Below, piece by piece: positions 41,245 through 48,261 of a stretch of DNA of 48,261 nucleotides (position 1 is its first letter; each line of letters begins with the position of its first letter). The position numbers and the translations under genes were made by a program. The notes beneath the pieces were generated by a model, which made no database searches, was not told where the DNA came from, and saw only the letters and a program-made list of their open reading frames with translations. This DNA comes from Candidatus Woesebacteria bacterium (GTDB lineage: Bacteria; Patescibacteriota; Microgenomatia; UBA1400; UBA12028), in assembly GCA_040006915.1 (NCBI GenBank), contig JBDTWD010000007.1:1-48261 (forward strand), given 5' to 3'.

Positions 41245-42336
41245 ATGGCAGCTAGTGCATCAAATAATGCCCGTACAGAATTTGCATCCGCATTGACGCA
41301 AATTGCTTCCGAGAGAGGCATTGAAGTTTCAACCATCATCGCCGCGATCAAAGAGGCCATCAAAGCCGCTTTCCGCAAAGACTGGATGTTAACGCATGAA
41401 GATGAAGAATTTTTGGATGAAGATTTTGATGTTGAAATCAATGAAGAGAGTGGAGAATCTCGAGTGTTTGATATCCGAAATGACAAACGTACAGATGTCA
41501 CTCCTCCGGGATTTGGACGCATTGCCGCCCAAACTGCCAAACAAGTGATTTTGCAAAAAGTCAGAGAAGCAGAAAAGGATGCAATCATTGCTGACTATTC
41601 AGAGAAGATAGGAACTTTGGTTCAAGGAACAGTGATCCGCTATGACGAACGTTCTGTCATAGTTGATATTGGTCGAGGCCAAGCGTGGATGCCGATTGAA
41701 GAGCAGATGCGTGGAGAGTTCTATCGTATCAATACCAGACTGACGTTCTATATTAAAGACATTCGTGAAACCCATCGTGGGAAGACGATCATCGTTTCTC
41801 GAGCTGACAAACAGTTGGTTGCCAAGCTCTTCGAACGAGAAGTTCCTGAAGTTGGATCGGGAGCCGTTGAAATTGTCTCCATCGCTCGCGAAGCTGGTGT
41901 ACGTACCAAACTAGCGGTCAAATCCACTCAAGATGGAATCGATCCAGTTGGTGCTTGTGTTGGACAAAAAGGAGTTCGTGTTCAAGAAGTTATCAAAGAA
42001 GTGAACAATGAGAAAATCGATATCATCCAATCAGCTGATGACGCTCGGACTTTTATCCAAGCCGCTTTAGCTCCAGCAGAGCATTTGAAAGTGACATTGG
42101 AAGAAGTGAAAAAAGCCGCAACCGTAGTGTGTCCTGATGATCAATTGTCATTGGCAATTGGTCGGAACGGTCAAAACGCCCGACTCGCCGCCAAACTCAC
42201 TGGATGGCATATCACCATTGTTGGTGAGACCACTCAGCCAGAAAATGCCCAAACTGAATTTGCTGCAACTGAAGAGGAAGTCGTTACCGAGCCAAAAACG
42301 GAAGAAGTGAAGGCTGAAGAACCAAAAACTGAATAA
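41245..42336 (+). CDS. nusA: transcription termination/antitermination factor NusA
   Basis: N-terminal domain, S1 region (GTLVQGTVIRYDERSVIVDIG) and KH motifs (DPVGACVGQKGVRVQ, AIGRNGQNARLAAKLTGW). AAAGGGGA SD upstream. Confidence 0.95.
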   Translation: MAASASNNARTEFASALTQIASERGIEVSTIIAAIKEAIKAAFRKDWMLTHEDEEFLDEDFDVEINEESGESRVFDIRNDKRTDVTPPGFGRIAAQTAKQVILQKVREAEKDAIIADYSEKIGTLVQGTVIRYDERSVIVDIGRGQAWMPIEEQMRGEFYRINTRLTFYIKDIRETHRGKTIIVSRADKQLVAKLFEREVPEVGSGAVEIVSIAREAGVRTKLAVKSTQDGIDPVGACVGQKGVRVQEVIKEVNNEKIDIIQSADDARTFIQAALAPAEHLKVTLEEVKKAATVVCPDDQLSLAIGRNGQNARLAAKLTGWHITIVGETTQPENAQTEFAATEEEVVTEPKTEEVKAEEPKTE

Positions 42337-42338
42337 GT

Positions 42339-43751
42339 ATGCCACAAGTAACCAGACCACCAGTTATTGCCATCATGGGCCATGTCGATCACGGCAAGAC
42401 CTCACTTTTGGATGCAATTCGAAAGACTGATGTGGCAGCTGGTGAAGCAGGTGGAATTACCCAGCATATTGGTGCCTATCAAATTGAACATAATGGCAGA
42501 AAACTTACATTCCTTGATACTCCAGGTCACGCAGCCTTCTCAAAGATGCGCTCTCGTGGAGCGAACGTCACTGATATCGTCGTCTTGGTGGTTGCGGCTG
42601 ATGATGGAGTCAAGCCACAGACTATTGAATCAATTCAACATATTAAGCAAGCGAAAGTCGACTATATCGTCGCTATTAATAAAATTGACATGCCTGGAGC
42701 TGACATCATTAAAGTTAAAACCCAATTGGCTGAACAAGAAGTATTCTTGGAAGGGTTTGGAGGTAATGTCTCAGCCGTCGAAGTTAGTGCCAAAACCAAA
42801 GCCGGAATTCCGGATTTGCTAGATCTCTTACTACTTACTGCAGATGTTAAAGAGTTAAAAGCTGATCCTGAGGCTTCATTACATGGAGTGGTGATTGAAT
42901 CGGGAAAAGATGCTCGTAAGGGTATTTACGCAACAGTACTTGTTCAAGAGGGAACTCTAGCTCCTCGTCAGAATTTCTTTGTTGGAAAATTAGAAGAGCG
43001 TGTGAGACAAATGACTGATCATACGGGAAAAGTGGTTTTGGCTGCTCAACCTGGAATGCCGGTCTCGGTGATTGGATGGACTCAAGTTCCTGAAGTAGGT
43101 GCGGTTGTTAGTGGAACTCCAACCGATGAAACGCGCCAAGAACATGTGGTGGCCAATGTCGAAGAAGGAAAACTGCGCATGATTCTCAAGGCTGATGTGA
43201 TTGGATCTCTAGAAGCGTTAATTGGCAGCATGCCTCCTGAAATTGCAGTTGTAGCTGCCAGTATCGGTGACGTCAGTGAATCTGATGTGTTGTTAGCCCA
43301 AACCACCGGATCTCGAATCTTAGGGTTTAACGTTAAAGTTCCAAAAGACACCCAAGAATTGTCAGTCACTTCAAATGTCAAAATCAAAACCTACCGCATC
43401 ATTTATGAATTGTTAGAAGATCTAGAGAAAATTGTGTTTGCGTTCTTAAATCCCAAAGCCAATGAAGTGACGTTAGGAACTGCTGAAATCATTGCGCAAT
43501 TTGATATCAAGGGTGACAAAATTGCTGGCTGTAAAGTAACCGAAGGGGAAATCAAACGCGGACAAAATATTTTTTACTATTTAAAACGTGGTGGAGTAGA
43601 AGTCGGATCTCCAAGAGTTCGGACCATGAGAGCCGGAAAAGCTGATGTCGAATCAGTGAAAGCTCCAAGTGAATGTGGAATTGTCTTCCGTGGAACAGTG
43701 CGTTTTGCGATCGGTGACACCATTGAGTGTTACACCATGAAGGAAATTTAA
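42339..43751 (+). CDS. infB: translation initiation factor IF-2, short form starting at the G domain
   Basis: RPPVIAIMGHVDHGKTSLLD, DTPGHAAF, NKID, then the domain II-IV pattern. Only 470 aa. Confidence 0.95.
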   Translation: MPQVTRPPVIAIMGHVDHGKTSLLDAIRKTDVAAGEAGGITQHIGAYQIEHNGRKLTFLDTPGHAAFSKMRSRGANVTDIVVLVVAADDGVKPQTIESIQHIKQAKVDYIVAINKIDMPGADIIKVKTQLAEQEVFLEGFGGNVSAVEVSAKTKAGIPDLLDLLLLTADVKELKADPEASLHGVVIESGKDARKGIYATVLVQEGTLAPRQNFFVGKLEERVRQMTDHTGKVVLAAQPGMPVSVIGWTQVPEVGAVVSGTPTDETRQEHVVANVEEGKLRMILKADVIGSLEALIGSMPPEIAVVAASIGDVSESDVLLAQTTGSRILGFNVKVPKDTQELSVTSNVKIKTYRIIYELLEDLEKIVFAFLNPKANEVTLGTAEIIAQFDIKGDKIAGCKVTEGEIKRGQNIFYYLKRGGVEVGSPRVRTMRAGKADVESVKAPSECGIVFRGTVRFAIGDTIECYTMKEI

Positions 43752-44545
43752 GAGCGGAACAGTTCTGCTACTTTTTCAGGTTCCATTCCCATCGCTGTTT
43801 GAATCAACTGTCTGTTTTCTTCAGACGCGTCGTAAAATTCCAGAAATTCCTTCTTCTTATCTGCCAAAGCAAGATACGTCTCTGCTAGGTCTTCCTTCTC
43901 ATCTCTCCCAAGGTATTTTCCAAGCTTTACCATTGCTTGGCTTTGTTCCATGTCAGGCATATTAATACCAGCCCATCCTTTACGCTCATAATCAAAATCG
44001 AGGGGCTTTTCAGTTACTTCTCCGTGATTGATTCTGTGAAAACTTCCAAAGAGAGCCGGAATCCGTAAGATTTTGTTTCTATTATCTGGAGATATTTCGA
44101 GCGATTTCCCAAGCTCCTTTAATTGTTTTTGGCGAATCGGAAAACTTTGTGTGTTTATATCTGCCAAGTAGACACGGAGAGCAAATAGCGTTGGGACGTC
44201 GTAAATGTCTTTTCGACCTAAAACAGTTGCAGCTCTGGTCAACCCATACATCACTGACGAAAATCCGACGGTAGCCGCGTCTTGAATAAATAACTCAAAA
44301 AAGGAAAGGTATTCTGAATTTTGACGTGAAGGATCATCTATAACATGCTGCACTACATCTTCAAGTATCATGTCATCTGGAGGAAAGTGTTCATGAACAA
44401 AGGTAATAAATTCTTCTAACCGAGGTCGTAGCTCTTGTGGAGCTTTGCGTAATTGACGTCTCCATGGAACTAGAAGATCTTTGTCCTCTGGCTTTTTAAA
44501 ATGTTCTACCAATACTTTTACTCGGCTTTCTCCTGAATCTTTCAT
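43748..44545 (-). CDS. hypothetical cytoplasmic protein
   Basis: 265-aa ORF with no motif recognised. TATACT lies 6 nt upstream of the ATG. Confidence 0.6.
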   Translation of the reverse strand: MKDSGESRVKVLVEHFKKPEDKDLLVPWRRQLRKAPQELRPRLEEFITFVHEHFPPDDMILEDVVQHVIDDPSRQNSEYLSFFELFIQDAATVGFSSVMYGLTRAATVLGRKDIYDVPTLFALRVYLADINTQSFPIRQKQLKELGKSLEISPDNRNKILRIPALFGSFHRINHGEVTEKPLDFDYERKGWAGINMPDMEQSQAMVKLGKYLGRDEKEDLAETYLALADKKKEFLEFYDASEENRQLIQTAMGMEPEKVAELFRS

Positions 44546-44557
44546 TTCTACAGTATA
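44546..44557 (-). promoter_or_regulatory. -10 box TATACT, 6 nt upstream of ATG 44545
   Basis: Minus strand reads TATACT-GTAGAA-ATG. Confidence 0.4.
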
Positions 44558-44578
44558 ACAGTCAAATCAAATTACACT

Positions 44579-45547
44579 CTATTTCGTCTTGTTTTTCTTG
44601 TGGGGATAAGTGGAACGATGAAGATTCACTCTTTTTTCGGCAAAGATGACTCCAATGATGACAATCCCTAAAGCAGCTACTTGAATTACGGTGATTCGTT
44701 CATTGAGTAATACAAACCCTAAAGGGATATAGACGACTGGTTGCAGATACGAAAACAAACTGGCTTCTGAAGCTTCAATTCCCATCTGACCTTTAATATA
44801 TGTTGTGAGCCCGATGATGGAACCCACAATAGCCGCATAGGCAATTACAAACAAAATGAGAGGAGAAGAGAGTTCTTTAGTGGCAATAGATACAAATTCT
44901 GGTAACTGAAAGTGGACTTCTGCCAAGGAAAGAATAGCAAAGGTAATCGCTCCAACGTAGAAACTAATTCCACTGACAAACAATTTGGGATACGGTTGGT
45001 AGTATCTTTTGGTGAGAAGAAAGTATGCGGTAGTAACGATGTTGTACACCACTATGCAGCCTATTCCCAGCATTGAACCAGCAAAAGTAAGTTGATCGGC
45101 GGTAAGTGAACTATAGATCAATACTAAGGTTCCGATCAAAGAGATTGCCAGACCTAGCCATTCATGTCCGTCTTCTCGTTCACGCAAGAAAAAAACTCCT
45201 CCAAGAGTTACAAAAATGGGAAGGGTAGTGGCAAGTAAATTGATAATCAGTGACGATGTTTGATGCAATCCAATATACAGGAAACTTAACGCAATGGAGG
45301 TTCCTAAGATCTCAATCAAGCTAATAATGATGACGGCTTTGAACTTCTTTTTGATAACCGAAAATCCTCGGATGATAAAAGGGATTGAAAGAATTCCTGC
45401 GAACACAAAACGATAGAGAAGGTAGCGATAGGGAGTGATGGCAGATTCATTAAATCCAATTTTGACGATCGGTAAGAACGCCCCCCAAGCTAGGGTGTTG
45501 ATCAGAAGGTAGAGGTAGGAGGTTGCACGAGATTGCTTCTTTGGCAT
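44579..45547 (-). CDS. EamA/DMT-family transporter
   Basis: About 10 TM helices in a duplicated 5+5 arrangement. Confidence 0.75.
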   Translation of the reverse strand: MPKKQSRATSYLYLLINTLAWGAFLPIVKIGFNESAITPYRYLLYRFVFAGILSIPFIIRGFSVIKKKFKAVIIISLIEILGTSIALSFLYIGLHQTSSLIINLLATTLPIFVTLGGVFFLREREDGHEWLGLAISLIGTLVLIYSSLTADQLTFAGSMLGIGCIVVYNIVTTAYFLLTKRYYQPYPKLFVSGISFYVGAITFAILSLAEVHFQLPEFVSIATKELSSPLILFVIAYAAIVGSIIGLTTYIKGQMGIEASEASLFSYLQPVVYIPLGFVLLNERITVIQVAALGIVIIGVIFAEKRVNLHRSTYPHKKNKTK

Positions 45548-45562
45548 CGTTCTAGCGTAGCA
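45548..45562 (-). promoter_or_regulatory. extended -10-like TGCTACGCT, 6 nt upstream of ATG 45547
   Basis: Minus strand reads TGCTACGCT-AGAACG-ATG. Confidence 0.3.
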
Positions 45563-45601
45563 TGAAACTGGCTTTCTCTGGTAGAATATACCTTGTTAGG
45601 T

Positions 45602-46024
45602 ATGAGTACTGTTGAATATGCAGCTAAGCATCATAAATTAGGGCTCTGTCGAAGTTGCCCTCGTCCTTTAGTGGAAGGAAGCGGTGTGTATTGCAAATCT
45701 CACAGAGATATTAATAGAATTCGTGGAAGGGTAAAAGACAAGAGACTCTCAGCAAAGCTGAAGCAAAAATGTTTTCAGTATTATGGAGCAAAATGTCATT
45801 GCTGTGGTGAAGAAACGATTCAGTTCCTAACTTTGGAACATGAGCTAGGAAATGGTAATAATCATCGGAAAGCATTGTTTAAACATAATGTGGGTGGTGC
45901 CCACATGTATAGATGGTTGAAGAAAAACAATTTTCCTAAAGGATTCAGTATTCTTTGTATGAACTGTAACTGGGCGAAAAGATACGGTGGTATTTGCCCT
46001 CATAAACTCGGAGAGGTCGCATAG
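45602..46024 (+). CDS. HNH-type endonuclease-like Cys-rich protein
   Basis: CRSCPRP...YCKSH...AKCHCCGEE...LTLEHELGNGNNHRK...LCMNCNWAK. TTG 45593 is an alternative start. The last 15 nt overlap the tRNA at 46010. Confidence 0.65.
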   Translation: MSTVEYAAKHHKLGLCRSCPRPLVEGSGVYCKSHRDINRIRGRVKDKRLSAKLKQKCFQYYGAKCHCCGEETIQFLTLEHELGNGNNHRKALFKHNVGGAHMYRWLKKNNFPKGFSILCMNCNWAKRYGGICPHKLGEVA

Positions 46025-46094
46025 TGGTCTAGTGCGGCCGCCTACTAAGCGGCTGTGGCGCAAGTCACCGTGGGTTCGAATCCCACCCTCTCCG
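46010..46094 (+). tRNA. type-II tRNA, Ser-like body, anticodon loop CUACUAA (anticodon ACU by hand fold)
   Basis: GGAGAGG-TC-GCA-TAGTGGTCTAG-TGC-G-GCCGC-CTACTAA-GCGGC-(16-nt variable arm)-GTGGG-TTCGAAT-CCCAC-CCTCTCC-G. The acceptor, D and T arms are identical to the tRNA at 41015-41101. Confidence 0.75.
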
Positions 46095-46095
46095 C

Positions 46096-46851
46096 ATGAA
46101 TATAAAAATCCTCAGTTTAAACCTCTTTGAAGGTGGGTTGTTTTGGGAAAATATAGAAGCGTTTATCAAGAGAGAAAACCCAGACATCTTGTGTCTTCAA
46201 GAAGTATTTAATGGAGACCAAAAACAGCCAGTTAGTTTCCAGTCCGTTAAACGCCTAGGTGTTTTGCTCCCTGACTTTTATTCCTACTATTCTCCTGAAC
46301 TATTTGAAATTTGGCCTCACGGACAAGGTGATGGCGGGAATGCAATATATTCTCGGTTTCCGTTGAGTGATGAGAAAACTATTTTCTTGCACGAAGAGTA
46401 TCGCAAGATCTTGCGACCACGGCGTGAAGACGACTTCTCCCACTATCCAAAAAATTTGCAAAGTATTGTGGTAACAATGGATGGAAAAAAACTTCACGTG
46501 TGCAACTTGCATGGAATTTGGGGACTAGAGGGGACTGATACCAAAGAACGTTTACGCATGAGTAAACTGATTGTCAAAGAAATTAAAAAGAAACAGCCAC
46601 TGGTTCTGATGGGAGATTTCAATTTAAAACCTGAGACAGAAACGATTGGAAATATCGAAAAACAGTTAACCAATGTGTTCAAAGGAGAGATGGTAAGCTC
46701 CTTCAATATGGAGCATAAAAGTAATCCGGGGTATGCAACTGCAGTTGTTGATATGTTTTTTGCGAGCAAGGATATTAAAATAGTTGCAAAAAGTGTTCCT
46801 GACGACGATGTCTCGGATCATAAGCCGTTGCTGGTAACGATAGAAATATAG
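46096..46851 (+). CDS. endonuclease/exonuclease/phosphatase (EEP) family protein
   Basis: ILSLNLFEG...NPDILCLQEV...LMGDFN...VSDHKPL. The ATG lies 2 nt after the tRNA end. Confidence 0.85.
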   Translation: MNIKILSLNLFEGGLFWENIEAFIKRENPDILCLQEVFNGDQKQPVSFQSVKRLGVLLPDFYSYYSPELFEIWPHGQGDGGNAIYSRFPLSDEKTIFLHEEYRKILRPRREDDFSHYPKNLQSIVVTMDGKKLHVCNLHGIWGLEGTDTKERLRMSKLIVKEIKKKQPLVLMGDFNLKPETETIGNIEKQLTNVFKGEMVSSFNMEHKSNPGYATAVVDMFFASKDIKIVAKSVPDDDVSDHKPLLVTIEI

Positions 46852-46868
46852 CAAGATCAAAAACACCT

Positions 46869-47534
46869 ATGGCAGATGTCAAAATTGACCCCTCATGGAA
46901 AGCAGTTCTTGAACCTGAATTTGAACAGCCATATTGGCAAGACCTAACTGGTTTTGTAAAAGAAGAATACAAAACCAAAACAGTCTATCCACCAGGGAAC
47001 AAAATTTTCAGAGCCTTTGACATGTGCCCATTTGAAAAAGTAAAAGTAGTGATCGTTGGGCAAGATCCATATCACGGCCCGAATCAAGCCAATGGTCTCT
47101 CGTTTGCAGTTAATGATGGAATTCCACTCCCACCATCACTCAAAAATATTTACAAAGAAATTCAGCAAGATACAGGAGTGGTTCCGATTCAGTCGGGAGA
47201 TCTTTCTCGTTGGGCAAACCAAGGGGTATTGATGTTAAACAGTGTGTTAACGGTTGCTGCTCATTCTCCTGCATCCCATAAAGGCAGAGGATGGGAGCTT
47301 TTCACGGACGCTGTGATCAAACGTTTAAATGATGAACGAGAAAATATTGTGTATATGCTTTGGGGAAGATATGCACAGGAAAAGGGCGAGAATATTGATC
47401 GAGAGAAAAACCTAGTTTTGGAATCCGGTCACCCCTCACCATTTTCAGCCACACTTTTTTATGGACACCATCACTTTAGCCAAGCCAATGCATATTTAGC
47501 CTTAAATGGTCTTGATCCTATCGATTGGCGATAA
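46869..47534 (+). CDS. ung: uracil-DNA glycosylase, family 1
   Basis: [42 protein letters not shown]. Confidence 0.95.
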   Translation: MADVKIDPSWKAVLEPEFEQPYWQDLTGFVKEEYKTKTVYPPGNKIFRAFDMCPFEKVKVVIVGQDPYHGPNQANGLSFAVNDGIPLPPSLKNIYKEIQQDTGVVPIQSGDLSRWANQGVLMLNSVLTVAAHSPASHKGRGWELFTDAVIKRLNDERENIVYMLWGRYAQEKGENIDREKNLVLESGHPSPFSATLFYGHHHFSQANAYLALNGLDPIDWR

Positions 47535-47535
47535 G

Positions 47536-47550
47536 TGTTACACTAAATTC
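47536..47550 (+). promoter_or_regulatory. extended -10-like TGTTACACT, 6 nt upstream of the msrB ATG
   Basis: TGTTACACT-AAATTC-ATG. Confidence 0.35.
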
Positions 47551-48129
47551 ATGAAGATTCTTCCATTGGTTATCATCGTTTCTGCAATAGCCGGAATCGG
47601 AATGATCGTTTTTCCTTTGCTGTACCCTAAACCCCAACCTGCCGTAGGTTGTACGCTGGAGGCCAAGATTTGTTCCGATGGCAGTAGTGTAGGGCGGCAA
47701 GGACTTGCCTGTGAATTTGCACCATGTCCTGATACGACCACTGACGTAACCAAACGGAGCGATGAAGAATGGAAAAATATTCTAAGCCCCGAACAATATG
47801 ATGTCTTGCGTAATAAAGGAACAGAAGTGCCATTCACTGGAGCACTGCTGCATGAAAATCGCAAAGGCACGTACGTGACGGCAGATTGTGGAACTCCAGT
47901 ATTTCGCTCTGAGACCAAGTTCGAGTCGGGAACAGGATGGCCAAGCTTTTATGCACCGATCGAAGGATCAGTCAAACTGATTGAAGACGGATCATTAGGG
48001 ATGGTACGAACCGAAGTTGTTGATAGCAAATGTGGTTCCCATTTGGGTCACGTATTTGATGATGGTCCCGAACCCACAGGTAAGCGTTTCTGCATGAATT
48101 CTGTAGCTCTCAAATTTATTCCAGACTGA
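47551..48129 (+). CDS. msrB: peptide-methionine (R)-S-oxide reductase MsrB with an N-terminal membrane anchor and a Cys-rich linker
   Basis: [25 protein letters not shown] anchor, 5-Cys linker, then [20 protein letters not shown] and RFCMNS. Confidence 0.9.
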   Translation: MKILPLVIIVSAIAGIGMIVFPLLYPKPQPAVGCTLEAKICSDGSSVGRQGLACEFAPCPDTTTDVTKRSDEEWKNILSPEQYDVLRNKGTEVPFTGALLHENRKGTYVTADCGTPVFRSETKFESGTGWPSFYAPIEGSVKLIEDGSLGMVRTEVVDSKCGSHLGHVFDDGPEPTGKRFCMNSVALKFIPD

Positions 48130-48176
48130 TCACAGCAAAATTCTCTTACTCTGGTAAAATAGATCCTTGCCACCAA

Positions 48177-48260
48177 GGAAGCGTCGCATAGTGGCTATTG
48201 CAGCGGGTTGCTAACCCGCGACCTTAAACGGTCTCGTGGGTTCGAATCCCACCGCTTCCG
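48177..48260 (+). tRNA. tRNA-Ser (GCU), type II
   Basis: GGAAGCG-TC-GCA-TAGTGGCTAT-TGC-A-GCGGG-TTGCTAA-CCCGC-(16-nt variable arm)-GTGGG-TTCGAAT-CCCAC-CGCTTCC-G. Confidence 0.85.
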
Positions 48261-48261
48261 C

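Noticed and set aside
42367-42822. A 151-aa alternative-frame ORF inside infB
   Set aside because: It is same-strand but out of frame within the highly conserved IF-2 G domain, and it has no independent signals.

Overview
This is a gene-dense, mostly protein-coding chromosomal segment with no rRNA and no CRISPR. The gene content fits a small-genome bacterium of the Candidate Phyla Radiation / Patescibacteria type; that placement is an inference, not a search result. The main feature is a type IV secretion (T4SS)/pilus-like system encoded entirely on the minus strand in three modules. Module A (1-8118) holds a VirB4-N-terminal-domain-like protein, a PrgI/VirB3-like membrane protein, a membrane-anchored protein, a 1342-aa protein with M23 and HExxH hydrolase motifs, a lipoprotein and a secreted helical protein. 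Module B (15618-24563) holds a VirB6/TrbL-like polytopic protein with a free-standing copy of its tail, a 1204-aa secreted protein, and seven tandem VirB2/TrbC-fold pilin paralogs. Module C (30297-34951) holds two acidic proteins and three larger secreted Cys-rich proteins that end in the same pilin module. Two of those three share a nearly identical C-terminal cassette. That gives ten pilin-fold genes in 48 kb. An ECF sigma / putative anti-sigma pair is transcribed divergently from the pilin array, across a 23-bp gap with overlapping -10 boxes. Plus-strand housekeeping operons sit between the modules. They include a tRNA-binding protein, ftsH, a 5'-3' exonuclease, an idi / two GHMP kinases / mvaD / uppS lower-mevalonate operon, a SpoIID-like protein, smpB, nusA, a short infB, ung and msrB. 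RNA genes are a tmRNA convergent with smpB and three type-II (Ser-like) tRNAs, two of which have non-canonical anticodon loops in my hand fold. Many genes have a TATAAT-like hexamer 6-7 nt upstream of the start codon, which suggests widespread leaderless mRNAs. All functional calls come from motif reading of the supplied translations. No database search was possible.
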